A DNA stretch of 64,000 bases from Candidatus Zhuqueibacterota bacterium (GCA_049322915.1 JBMOPW010000012.1:32001-96000); one strand, 5' to 3'; positions 31,678-41,614 are shown, counted from the stretch's first letter. Notes: generated from the letters alone by a model not told the origin. Made by a program: numbers and translations.

Positions 31678-31678
31678 T

Positions 31679-32359
31679 TCATTTGCCGAACAGCGACGCA
31701 AAGAAATCGACGATCTGGTTCAGCAGAGATCTGTCTTTTCCAGCGGGAATTCTCACGTCGTCGGTTTCATCGATGTAAATGATGCCATCGCCATCTTCAT
31801 CGACCAATTCTCCGCTTCCGCTAGCGCCGCCGGGATAATCATCCACCGGCACCGAAGTGGAACCCAGACCCCGCTTCAACCGATTCCAGTCGAACATCTC
31901 ACCTGGATCCACTTTATGCGTGGAAATTTCCTGATGTCCCCGAATCAATTCAATGGGCACATTGAACTGATTCATTTTCTGTTTCACCAGCCAGATCAGT
32001 GCTTCGTACTGGAAATCCGTGTAGGGAACAAGGTTGCCATCGCCCTGCAATTCAATGCCGATGCTGCGATTGTTCAGATTCTGGCACAGCACCCCATTGA
32101 TCACCCATTCACTTTTACCTGCATGATACGATGAGTGCTCATCGCGCACCATCTGAATGATAGGCCTCTCCTCCCTCGCAATGACGTATTGCGCCGAAAC
32201 CTGATTTGTAGAACGCCACACATCCGGTTTGAACCAGGCCAGTGTTCCCTGCAGGCTATTGATTTTCCCGTTCGTGCTGCCCGTATGATGGACAATGATC
32301 ATATCATTGGCGATTTTGTTTGTATCGAAGAACTGGCTTTCAATCCATTCTATCTGCAT
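31679..32359 (-). CDS. N-acetylmuramoyl-L-alanine amidase (Amidase_2/AmpD-like)
   Basis: IVHHT, SAQYVI, HAG, NNRSIGIEL, GHQEI...KVDPG. Confidence 0.88.
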   Translation of the reverse strand: MQIEWIESQFFDTNKIANDMIIVHHTGSTNGKINSLQGTLAWFKPDVWRSTNQVSAQYVIAREERPIIQMVRDEHSSYHAGKSEWVINGVLCQNLNNRSIGIELQGDGNLVPYTDFQYEALIWLVKQKMNQFNVPIELIRGHQEISTHKVDPGEMFDWNRLKRGLGSTSVPVDDYPGGASGSGELVDEDGDGIIYIDETDDVRIPAGKDRSLLNQIVDFFASLFGK

Positions 32360-32531
32360 CTCTCCTCCGTGTATGATTGGTTTCCTATTTCAGTAAATGT
32401 GTATGTGAACTATGCGGTCGATTTCAACGACTCGCGGAATGAAGCAGCGACCGGCTGTCTCGCACCTCATCGCTCATCGCTTCGGACAGCGTTCCTTCAT
32501 GCCGAAGACGCACAGCGATTGAGCGCATTAT

Positions 32532-33554
32532 TCAAAACAGCTTTGTTATTTCATCCTGAGTGAATTCAGGCAAATCGACCTCGTCGCCATTCCTGTCAAC
32601 CAATTTCATCCCTTCTGCCTGCGCAACCATGTGCCCAATAATTTTCACCGAAACATCATGCCGCTTCAGTTCCGAAATAATTTTCTCGCTTTGCCGGGGC
32701 TCTGCAACAATGAGTAGCGCGCCGGAAGCGATTGCCCCCATGGGATCAATTTCAAACTGCTCGCACAGCAATTTCGATTCAGGGAAAATTGGGATTTCAT
32801 CGACATTGATTTTCAGTCCCAATTGAGCGGCATGGGCAAGCTCGTACAATCCCATGGCCAAACCACCCTCTGTTGGATCGTGCATCGCATGGACAGATGC
32901 TGCGGCAATGGCCAACTGCGCTTCTTTCAATACGCTGATTCCCGGCGCGTAAATGAAATTCCTGCATCGTTCGACCAAGTCAGCCGAATACATTTCCACC
33001 AGGACATCTCGCCTCTCCCTCGCGATGATGGACGTTGCTTCAATCGCTATTCCTTTGGTCAGAAGAATGGTATCGCCAACCGCAGCGTTCTTATTGACCA
33101 CGAGATTTTGCTTGAGCACCGTTCCCAGCATGTTGCCAACTACAATGGGCCGATTGATGCCATAGGTCACTTCAGTATGTCCGCCGCAATAACTGATGTT
33201 CAATTTCTCACACGCAGCGCTCAACTGAGCAAAAATCTCCTCCACGCGCGACACATGAGTGTGGTTTTCCGGCAAAAGCACCGTGGCTAAAAACCATTGC
33301 GGAACGCCTCCCATACAGGCGATGTCGTTCGCATTGACATTGATGGCGTAATAGCCGATGTCACCGGTGACAAACGTGATCGGATCGGTCTTGGCCACCA
33401 GATAGTAATCGCGCATGTCGATGACTGCGGCATCTACTCCGAGCGCTGCTCCAACGATGACCGACTCGTCGTGTCGGACGTACGTCTTCAGCAATTCAGA
33501 AAGCACGCTCGGAGGCAATTTTCCCAGTGGTAAAATTTCCGCTCGATCCCTCAT
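32532..33554 (-). CDS. AIR synthase/HypE-like protein
   Basis: GVDAAV, TDPITF, NANDIA, GGHTE, MHDPTEGG. Confidence 0.88.
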   Translation of the reverse strand: MRDRAEILPLGKLPPSVLSELLKTYVRHDESVIVGAALGVDAAVIDMRDYYLVAKTDPITFVTGDIGYYAINVNANDIACMGGVPQWFLATVLLPENHTHVSRVEEIFAQLSAACEKLNISYCGGHTEVTYGINRPIVVGNMLGTVLKQNLVVNKNAAVGDTILLTKGIAIEATSIIARERRDVLVEMYSADLVERCRNFIYAPGISVLKEAQLAIAAASVHAMHDPTEGGLAMGLYELAHAAQLGLKINVDEIPIFPESKLLCEQFEIDPMGAIASGALLIVAEPRQSEKIISELKRHDVSVKIIGHMVAQAEGMKLVDRNGDEVDLPEFTQDEITKLF

Positions 33555-33945
33555 TTCTTACTCCAACTCAGACGACACACAGGGCAAGAACATTGGCGAA
33601 TGCTTGGTTCGATGTCTGACACGAAGACAGCACCGCTGTTCGAAAAAAAGGATGATTGCACATCAAGGGCGCACGTGCAGGATGATGGCTGTTACTAATT
33701 CATTCGGTGTGTGGTTAAAAATAGCATAGAAATTAATAAATAGCAAGAAGTTTCTTCGAAGTATCCGAAGCGAAACTGTATTTCTCAAAAAGAATATTTA
33801 TGGCGGTGCAACGTCGATCAACGCTCGAGATCAAAGTGATCATTCAAAAGAATGAACAGTGAAAAATTGACCCGAGACTGAAGGAATGCCCGGGATCGAG
33901 TCTGGATTTTCGGCCCATAAAAATTAACAAAAATTAATTTTGTAC

Positions 33946-33974
33946 TTGACTCTTTACAAAAAAATTATTATACT
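33946..33974 (+). promoter_or_regulatory. sigma70-type promoter
   Basis: TTGACT-N17-TATACT upstream of the RRM gene. Confidence 0.65.
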
Positions 33975-34209
33975 TCGAGTTATTTTTACACGAACCAGTA
34001 ATTTTTCGACCGGGGTTCTTTTCCTGTTCATGACATAACGGAAGTGATACGTTGTTGAATGCGCACCAACCAGGAAAATTCCAATGCAGCATCTTGCTAC
34101 GACAGGAATTCAGCCGAAACAGGAATCGGTACAACCGATAGAAAAATGAATTATTAGTTCATTTCAAATTTATGTCATAGTCACTTGTCTTATTCAGGAG
34201 GGAGATAAG

Positions 34210-34491
34210 ATGCGCATTTACGTTGGAAATTTGCCCAAAGACACCGACGAAGACGATCTTCTCGAAATGTTCGAAGAATACGGCAGCGTAAAGAATATCA
34301 AAATAATCCGGGATAGATATTCCAAAAGCTGTCGTGGTTATGGTTTCTTAGAACTGCCGGATGAAAACGCCGCCCGGCAAGCGATTGAGGACTGGGATCA
34401 GGGTTCAATTGATGACAATGTCATCAGGGTTGATATTGCCAAAGCCTCGGTTAAAAGCCGGCGAAGTCCATTTTCAGATACATGCGCGTAA
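34210..34491 (+). CDS. RRM RNA-binding protein
   Basis: RNP2 IYVGNL and RNP1 RGYGFLEL. Confidence 0.92.
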   Translation: MRIYVGNLPKDTDEDDLLEMFEEYGSVKNIKIIRDRYSKSCRGYGFLELPDENAARQAIEDWDQGSIDDNVIRVDIAKASVKSRRSPFSDTCA

Positions 34492-34792
34492 TAATTTGAA
34501 GCCAGCAGATTGCTTTGAAACAGTAATTCAGGATTATTAATCCAATCGTACAGTTGATTACGCAGCATAATCTCACTGCCTGCACCCCATTCTTCCAGTT
34601 TAGAATTGCCGCATTCTATTCATCGGGATTGTTCGCTTGATGTGAATCGATGCGCGCGTCCTATTGCTGCCGTTTCCTTCATTTAATTTTAATTTTCTTA
34701 TAAATCGAATAAACACATGTGCCGTCATTGTCGCTGCGCAGATTTTTTATTTCTTCCGGCGATAAAAGAAAAGCACCCTCTCATTTTTTTGA

Positions 34793-34821
34793 TTGACTAT
34801 TTTAAAAAAATTAAGTATAAT
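34793..34821 (+). promoter_or_regulatory. sigma70-type promoter of the sugar ABC operon
   Basis: TTGACT-N17-TATAAT. Confidence 0.7.
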
Positions 34822-35031
34822 TGGACTCAAATTCTTAAACAAAATTAAACATTGGTTTAAGCTCAAATTCATGTCGATCATTGATCAGCAAAATGGCAGG
34901 AATGGATAGCGTCACCGCCGATGCACTGAAATTTCAACCTGACTGATTTGACTACAACGGAGCTCTCTTTTTTCGGGCAGCCGATAGCTGAGACATTAGC
35001 GCCTCTGAAAAACAATCCGATTTGAATTACG

Positions 35032-36270
35032 ATGAAAAATAAACTCATTCCCATCTTCTCTATTTTAATCATCTTCATCTTTCTGACCTGCGCCGGCCAG
35101 CGAGAAAAAAGCATCATGATCTGGCATTCGATGCGGCCTCTGGCTACGAAAATTTTGCAGGACAAGCTGGATGAATTTTCCGAACGACACCCGGGCTGGA
35201 AATTCAGCCAGCTTTTTTACGAGCCGGAAACAGCCCGAACCAATTACATCATCTCTGCCATGGGCGGCAGCGGCCCGGATCTCTTCTGGGGCGCCAGCGA
35301 TAATATCGGTCCGTTTGTCGAGCTCAATGTCATTCAGCCTCTGGAATCAATCTTCAACCCAGCCTTTCTGGATAGCTTCATCGCTGAGCCTATCCCGGCG
35401 AACATCTGGTTTCAGAATCATCTCTACCAAATTGCGGATCAGATCGGGAATCATCTGTGTCTGGTGTACAATAAAGACCTTGTGCCCGTTCCACCCCGGA
35501 CTATCGGCGAATTGATCCGTTTGGGGAAACAATTGACCAGAGACCTGGACGGCGACGGCAAACCGGATCGCTATGCATTGGCCTGGAATTACACGGAGCC
35601 TTTCTTTGCAGTGCCGTTCATCAGTGGCTATGGCGGATGGATAATGGATTCCGATAATCATCCCACGTTGAACACCGATGCAGTGGTCAAGGCCGCACAG
35701 CTCATTTTTGATCTGGCAAATAAAGAAAAAATCATTCCAATGGAATGCGATTACGAGATTGCCAACGCCCTTTTCCTCGACGGCTATGCCGCAATGATCA
35801 TCAACGGGCCGTGGTCGTGGGGCACTTACCTGGAAAATAAAATCAATTTGGGGATCGCCCGAATTCCCAAAATCGATGAGACAGGGCTGTGGCCTGCCCC
35901 ACTGGTCTCCTCCATGGGCTACTCAGTCAATATCAATGTGAAGGATGAAAAGCTGGCCATTGCCACAGAACTGGTTGAATTTTTAACGTCAGACTCGATG
36001 CAGCTCACGTTCTCGCGGGCCATGGGCACAGTGCCCTCGCGCAAGGCGGCGTTCAGCGACACGCTCATCACCCGAAATCAAATTGTGCAGAGCTCCATTG
36101 ACCAGATGCAGGTCGCCCGAGTGATGCCGGTTGTGACGGAACTGCGCTGGATCTGGGACGCCATGCGGCCGAGTTATCAATCCATTTTCACAGGGGGAAT
36201 GAACCCGAAACAGGCCGCTGAAGCGATGCAGGCGCTGGCCGAAAAATTAATCAAGGAAAATCGGGAGTGA
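35032..36270 (+). CDS. Sugar ABC transporter substrate-binding lipoprotein (MalE-like)
   Basis: Lipoprotein-like N-terminus, GPDL, LVYNKDLV, AAMIINGPW. Confidence 0.88.
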   Translation: MKNKLIPIFSILIIFIFLTCAGQREKSIMIWHSMRPLATKILQDKLDEFSERHPGWKFSQLFYEPETARTNYIISAMGGSGPDLFWGASDNIGPFVELNVIQPLESIFNPAFLDSFIAEPIPANIWFQNHLYQIADQIGNHLCLVYNKDLVPVPPRTIGELIRLGKQLTRDLDGDGKPDRYALAWNYTEPFFAVPFISGYGGWIMDSDNHPTLNTDAVVKAAQLIFDLANKEKIIPMECDYEIANALFLDGYAAMIINGPWSWGTYLENKINLGIARIPKIDETGLWPAPLVSSMGYSVNINVKDEKLAIATELVEFLTSDSMQLTFSRAMGTVPSRKAAFSDTLITRNQIVQSSIDQMQVARVMPVVTELRWIWDAMRPSYQSIFTGGMNPKQAAEAMQALAEKLIKENRE

Positions 36271-36271
36271 T

Positions 36272-37165
36272 ATGGCTTCTGGTATCGGAAATATCGAGAA
36301 CAACCGTCTTGCCTACCTGTACACGGTGCCGGCCTTCGTGGTCATGGGGCTGGTTGTGCTGTACCCGTTTGTCTATAACATCATCCTGTCTTTTTCCAAC
36401 ATGAATCTGAGCCATTTCAACAACTGGCGACTCACAGGTTTTGAAAATTATTCTGCCGTCTTCCGGGAACGCACATTCTGGTATTTTTTAGGCAAGACTT
36501 TTTTGTGGACGGCGGTCAATGTATTTTTCCACGTGACCATCGGCGTCGCGCTGGCGCTCATTTTGAACAAAGACATCAAAGGGAAATCGTTTTTCCGCAC
36601 CCTGCTCATTCTGCCGTGGGCTGTCCCGCAGTACATCACCGCCCTCACCTGGCGCGGTCTGTTCAACTCCGAATACGGCGCGGTGAGCCTCATGCTGGAT
36701 CAGGCTTTCGGCGTGCAGATTCCCTGGCTCACCACCGAATGGGGCGCGTTCACTGCCTGCGTCATCACCAATGTCTGGCTGGGCTTCCCGTTTATGATGG
36801 TCATTGCCCTGGGCGGATTGCAGAGCATCCCGGAAGAATTGTACGAAGCCTCGGACATCGACGGCGCTTCCTGGTACCACAAGCTGAAACATATCACACT
36901 GCCGCTGCTCAAGCCGGTGATGATCCCGGCCATCACGCTCGGCATTATCTGGACGTTCAATAATTTCAACGTGGTGTGGCTGGTGAGCAACGGCGGCGAG
37001 CCGGCGGATACGACGCATATTCTGGTCTCCTGGGTCTACAAGTCAGGATTCCGCTATTTCCGCATGGGCTACGCCGCTGCGTTCTCCATGATCATCTTCA
37101 TCTTCCTGCTCACGTTCAGTTGGAATTTCATCAAAAAGACGCGGGCGACCGAGGCGGTGTATTAG
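36272..37165 (+). CDS. Sugar ABC permease (MalF-like)
   Basis: EAA loop LQSIPEELYEASDIDGA; ILPWAVP. Confidence 0.92.
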   Translation: MASGIGNIENNRLAYLYTVPAFVVMGLVVLYPFVYNIILSFSNMNLSHFNNWRLTGFENYSAVFRERTFWYFLGKTFLWTAVNVFFHVTIGVALALILNKDIKGKSFFRTLLILPWAVPQYITALTWRGLFNSEYGAVSLMLDQAFGVQIPWLTTEWGAFTACVITNVWLGFPFMMVIALGGLQSIPEELYEASDIDGASWYHKLKHITLPLLKPVMIPAITLGIIWTFNNFNVVWLVSNGGEPADTTHILVSWVYKSGFRYFRMGYAAAFSMIIFIFLLTFSWNFIKKTRATEAVY

Positions 37166-37329
37166 CTTTTTTTTGACCTGAATTATTTGTATATTTTCCA
37201 CTGTTTTCATTTCCCAATATTCAGAGTACATCGGTTAAGATATCTGATCTTAACGATTCGATTTAACATGCTGTTCAACATATCAGCAATGTCAATAAAA
37301 AGATGAATCAAACGCAGCAGGGACTCACG

Positions 37330-37574
37330 ATGTACGAAATAAAATTTAAGAAAAATGCAGTTTAGGAATTACAAAAGCTACCTCAAAAAGATGGTCAAAA
37401 AATTATAGAAAGATTTCACTGCTGGCAAATGGTCTAACTGGTGATATTAAAAAACTGACAGATTTTACACCTGAGTATCGGCTTAGGGCTGGTGGTTATC
37501 GCGTTCTGTTTGAAATAGAAGAAAATGGTATCATAATTTATCATATAAAGCAAAGAGGAGAGGCATACACATGA
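37330..37574 (+). pseudogene. relE: RelE/ParE toxin pseudogene
   Basis: MYEIKFKKNAV* (TAG at codon 12), a frameshift near 37410, then GDIKKLTDFTPEYRLRAGGYRVLFEIE...HIKQRGEAYT; ATGA overlap with the antitoxin. Confidence 0.8.
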
Positions 37575-37771
37575 TAGCAATTAACCCAGAAATTTTAAAA
37601 AGAGACAATAAGGCTGACTTTGCAATTCTTGATTATAATGAGTATCATAAGTTGCCCGAATATATTCAAGATATTGAAGACCTTGTAGACTTACGAAACG
37701 CAAAAGCGGATACTAAAGATGAAGCAACAATTTCGCTTGATAAAGTAAAAGAAACTTTAGGCATTGATTGA
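37571..37771 (+). CDS. Antitoxin (RelB/Phd-like)
   Basis: FAILDYNEY...IEDLVDLRNAK...ISLDKVKETLG; coupled to the relE remnant. Confidence 0.75.
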   Translation: MIAINPEILKRDNKADFAILDYNEYHKLPEYIQDIEDLVDLRNAKADTKDEATISLDKVKETLGID

Positions 37772-37790
37772 AAATCAACTTCAATCGATA

Positions 37791-37963
37791 GTGACAGCAA
37801 TTAAGCCGAAGAAAAAATTCACCGCAAATATCAGGAAAATTGATAATACAGCATTCACTATCGGCAGTCTTCACGACGATGGGGATGAAAAGCAAAACCG
37901 GTCAACCAAAACATATCAATAAAAAATACAAGCTCTTGAAATGCTGAGACAAATAATCTATGG
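37791..37963 (+). pseudogene. 5' part of a small hypothetical gene interrupted by the cassette
   Basis: KIDNTAFTIGSLHDDGDEK...*KIQALEMLRQIIYG; the frame continues (YDSSTERI...) after 40541; one internal TAA. Confidence 0.6.
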
Positions 37964-40541
37964 TTAGCCGTGTATACAAATACAATATTGTGATAAAATT
38001 ATGATAACACAAATTAATAAATTAAAAGAGATCGGTATTTTCAAAGATTTCAATTGGAACAATGACATTCCTGATTTTAATAAAAAAAATATAATATTTG
38101 GATATAACGGATGTGGAAAGACGACATTAACTAATATTTTTAATTTGTTTTCCCAAATAGACAAAATTGAAAAAGATGAGTTATTTGCGGACATAGTGAA
38201 TGATAAAGACATTTCTGAAATTGAATTAGTTTTCGATGGGAAAAAAGTTAAATACAATAAAGATTTAGCTAATGAAAAAATATGGATCTTTAATACAGGA
38301 TTTATTACAGGTCATATTTATGATGGTTCTTCATCAAATATTAAACAGTTTGATTCAAAGGTTGTAACAAAAGAACAACTCAAAAATCCAGAAATAAAAA
38401 AAATTGAAGTAACTATTACGGTGAAAAAAGATACCTTTGCTAATTTTAAAACAGATAAAGAGAAATACGAAAATGAATTTGAAAAAATTAAGAAGAAATA
38501 TCAAATTGATTTTAATAATAAAATTTCTAATAAAAGATTAACGGGTTGGAATTTACCCAGCCATGCAACCCAGATCGATCTTAATAAAATCGATCAAGAG
38601 CTTGATGGATATTATAAGAAATACGAGCTTTCCCAAAAACAGGATGAATTTGCTAATGATATAGTCGAAATCGAAAAAATATTCATAAAATCAATTAAGC
38701 TTGATTTTGAAAATCTAACGATTGCATTTTTAAAAAGTATCTCAGAAACTGCAAGAGAGAAAGTTGAACAAAAAATAGCAACCTTATCTGAAGTTCAATT
38801 AAAAAATTATAAAAGTTTGAGTGAATGGTTTGAAGATGGACTCCAGCTTTTAAAGAGAAATGATTCAAGTAAATTTTATAAATGCCCACTCTGTGATAGC
38901 GATATAAAATTGAAAATTAATTCGTTAATTGGTGATTATGAAAGCTATTTTAATGATGAGTATAAAATTCTTATTAAAGACCTAAATACTCAATCAGAAC
39001 AAATCGACATTATTAAAGAAATTTTGAAAGATAATATAATTTCCATTGAAAAAATAAAAACATTTGATAGTAAGTATTCTTATCTCATTGATACAGACAA
39101 AAAAATAAATTATGAATATTCATTGGAGACCTGTGAAAAGGAATTAGAAAATTTACAGAAGCTGATTTCAGATAAAAAGGAAAATGTATCATCCAAAGTA
39201 CAGGCAGATAGTCTATTAAAAAACTTGAAGAATTTAGTTAATGATTATAATGTTAATTTCTTAAAACCTATCCATGAACAGAAAACTCTTATTTTTCAAG
39301 AATTGAAGAATCAAACTTTAAATGAATCTGTAATCGCTGATAAAATAAAAAATTTAATACAACAGAAGGGCAATTATGATTTTGATACTTTTGATACTGG
39401 TAATTTAATAAGCGTATATTGGCAGAATGAAAATAATATAAAAAACATCAAAGATGACTTGTCGAAATTAGAAAGACAATTAGAATCTTCATTGGCTAAA
39501 CTAAAAAATGAATCCAAATATGTTAATTTTTTTCTGAAACGATTGGGGATATTTCATTTTGAAATAAACATTGACAACACGAAGCCAAAAGAGAATATTT
39601 CAATACTTTATGAAAGCGGATGCACCAAAAATAAATTAAAAAATTCAATCAGCGAAAGTGAAAAATCAGCCTTAGCATTTGCTTACTTCTTAAGCAAATT
39701 ACAATATGAAGTAATTGATAATACAACAACCAAATTGTCAGAATGTATCGTTATACTTGACGATCCAGTTTCAAGCTTAGACGAAAGGCGGCTTTATTCT
39801 ACAGCTTTTTTAATAAATGATTTGTTAAAAGATGCAGGTCAATTATTTGTTATTAGTCATAATCTTATATTCTTAAAATATTATGGTAATATTCTTAGTG
39901 GCGATGATAGAAATGACTATTTTTTAAATGTAAGAAATAATCTTCCACTACTTCAATCCCTTCCTAAATCACTCTCAAATTATAAGACAGCTTATTTTCA
40001 AAAATTAGATGATATTTTATCATATATAAATAATGACATTGATTACGAACAAGCTAAAAAGTCTATACCAGGTTGTATTCGTGTTGTCTTAGAAACATTT
40101 TTAAGTTTTAAGCTCTATATTTTAAAACAAGGTAGTAGCACTAATAAATATTTGTCGCCTGGATTAGATAAATTGATAAAAACTTTGAGCGGCCATATCG
40201 GATTATTTAAGAAATATGAAAAAGTCGAAGATATTGATCATGAAAATATTATCTCAAAATTGGAATTTATAAAAAAGACGACTGATCCCCAATGTCATGG
40301 TAGTCCGCAAAATATTGATGAATTCAATTTTATTGATGAAGCTGAATTGAAATTAATTTCTCGTGACGCTTTAAATATCATTAAATTTTTTGATAACGTT
40401 CATTATAATCAAATACAAAACGGCTAACAATCGGCTGCACCTGACAAAACTGCGGTGTTTCAAATCGGGTTAAGTGCAAAGTTTTACAGTCATTTCGTTG
40501 TGTTAAATATAGTGTAGCAGTTTTGCAGGTGAGCCGGGTCG
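37964..40541 (+). mobile_element. Complete integron gene cassette at a secondary site
   Basis: Starts G|TTAGCCG, carries a single ORF whose stop overlaps CGGCTAAC (exact complement of the left core), then a full attC, and ends G|TTATGA. Confidence 0.88.
38001..40427 (+). CDS. RloC-like AAA_13 ABC ATPase with zinc hook and HEPN-like C-terminus
   Basis: GYNGCGKT, coiled coil with CPLC hook, ISESEK signature, ILDDPVSSLD, ISHN, C-terminal IRVVLETFLSFK...QCHG; very AT-rich. Confidence 0.8.
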   Translation: MITQINKLKEIGIFKDFNWNNDIPDFNKKNIIFGYNGCGKTTLTNIFNLFSQIDKIEKDELFADIVNDKDISEIELVFDGKKVKYNKDLANEKIWIFNTGFITGHIYDGSSSNIKQFDSKVVTKEQLKNPEIKKIEVTITVKKDTFANFKTDKEKYENEFEKIKKKYQIDFNNKISNKRLTGWNLPSHATQIDLNKIDQELDGYYKKYELSQKQDEFANDIVEIEKIFIKSIKLDFENLTIAFLKSISETAREKVEQKIATLSEVQLKNYKSLSEWFEDGLQLLKRNDSSKFYKCPLCDSDIKLKINSLIGDYESYFNDEYKILIKDLNTQSEQIDIIKEILKDNIISIEKIKTFDSKYSYLIDTDKKINYEYSLETCEKELENLQKLISDKKENVSSKVQADSLLKNLKNLVNDYNVNFLKPIHEQKTLIFQELKNQTLNESVIADKIKNLIQQKGNYDFDTFDTGNLISVYWQNENNIKNIKDDLSKLERQLESSLAKLKNESKYVNFFLKRLGIFHFEINIDNTKPKENISILYESGCTKNKLKNSISESEKSALAFAYFLSKLQYEVIDNTTTKLSECIVILDDPVSSLDERRLYSTAFLINDLLKDAGQLFVISHNLIFLKYYGNILSGDDRNDYFLNVRNNLPLLQSLPKSLSNYKTAYFQKLDDILSYINNDIDYEQAKKSIPGCIRVVLETFLSFKLYILKQGSSTNKYLSPGLDKLIKTLSGHIGLFKKYEKVEDIDHENIISKLEFIKKTTDPQCHGSPQNIDEFNFIDEAELKLISRDALNIIKFFDNVHYNQIQNG

Positions 40542-40547
40542 TTATGA
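40422..40547 (+). repeat. Canonical attC site
   Basis: R'' GGCTAAC; arm CGGCT(G)CACCTG(A)CAAAACTGC pairs with GCAGTTTTGCAGGTGAGCCG except for two extrahelical bases; R' GTTATGA. Confidence 0.92.
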
Positions 40548-40599
40548 TTCGTCAACCGAACGGATTAATAAATATTTTAAAATGGTAATGGGTTGAACT

Positions 40600-41442
40600 A
40601 TGCGAAAACCACGAGACCTATCTCTCACAGGAAAAATCGGCGCGTACTCGGTGCTGACGCTGTTCACACTGTTCTCTGTCTACCCCATCCTTCGCGTCTT
40701 CACGATCTCGATTCGGCCCGGGGACAGGCTGTTGAGCAAATCGCTGGCGCTCATTCCCGAGAACGCCACGCTGGACACCTACGTTCGTCTGTTCACAAAC
40801 GAACCCTTTCTCACATGGATGGGCAACAGCCTCATCATTTCATTGGTGGTTATGATTGTGGGCGTGGGATTGGCCGCCACTGCCGGCTATGCCTTTTCGC
40901 GGTACAAATTTGTCGGCAAGGATGCAGCCATGTTCAGCCTCATCACCACGCAAATGTTCCCCATGACCATGTTGCTGCTGCCTTTGTTCATTATGCTGAT
41001 CAAATTAAAACTTTACGATTCATACATCGGACTCATCGTTGCCTATTCCGCCACGGCATTGCCCTTTACCACGTGGCAGATGAAAGGCTACTACGACACC
41101 ATACCGTACAGTCTGGAAGAGGCCGCGTCCATTGATGGCTGCTCCCAGTTCGCCACCTTCTGGCGGATTGTCCTTCCCCTTGCCGCGCCGGCGCTGGTCA
41201 TCACCGCGCTGTTCTCGTTCATGGCCGCCTGGTCTGAATATCTCGTTGCAGCGGTGCTCATTCAGGACCAGAGCCTGTTCACGCTGCCGCTGGGATTGAA
41301 GACATTCCAGTCCGCCATGGAAACATCCTGGGGATTGTATTCTGCCGGGGCAATCATTGTAAGTCTGCCAGTCGTCATTCTGTTTCTCTTTCTCAGTCGT
41401 TGGTTAATTTCCGGTCTCACTCTCGGAAGCGTTAAAGGTTAA
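40600..41442 (+). CDS. Sugar ABC permease (MalG-like)
   Basis: KGYYDTIPYSLEEAASIDGC, TQMFP, GLTLGSVKG. Confidence 0.92.
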   Translation: MRKPRDLSLTGKIGAYSVLTLFTLFSVYPILRVFTISIRPGDRLLSKSLALIPENATLDTYVRLFTNEPFLTWMGNSLIISLVVMIVGVGLAATAGYAFSRYKFVGKDAAMFSLITTQMFPMTMLLLPLFIMLIKLKLYDSYIGLIVAYSATALPFTTWQMKGYYDTIPYSLEEAASIDGCSQFATFWRIVLPLAAPALVITALFSFMAAWSEYLVAAVLIQDQSLFTLPLGLKTFQSAMETSWGLYSAGAIIVSLPVVILFLFLSRWLISGLTLGSVKG

Positions 41443-41455
41443 TTGGAGGAAATCA

Positions 41456-41614
41456 ATGAGCAAATTATCGATTTTAGCTGAACTGTGGGAATTCTTAAAA
41501 GTGAGAAAAAAGTGGTGGCTCGGTCCCATCATCTTTTTCCTGTTACTCCTGGGATTACTCATTGTGCTCACCGAAGGTTCAGCATTGGCGCCGTTCATTT
41601 ACGCCATATTTTAG
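41456..41614 (+). CDS. DUF5989-family small membrane protein
   Basis: Not in the ORF track: MSKLSILAELWEFLKVRKKWWLGPII...GSALAPFIYAIF (52 aa), GGAGG RBS. Confidence 0.85.
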   Translation: MSKLSILAELWEFLKVRKKWWLGPIIFFLLLLGLLIVLTEGSALAPFIYAIF

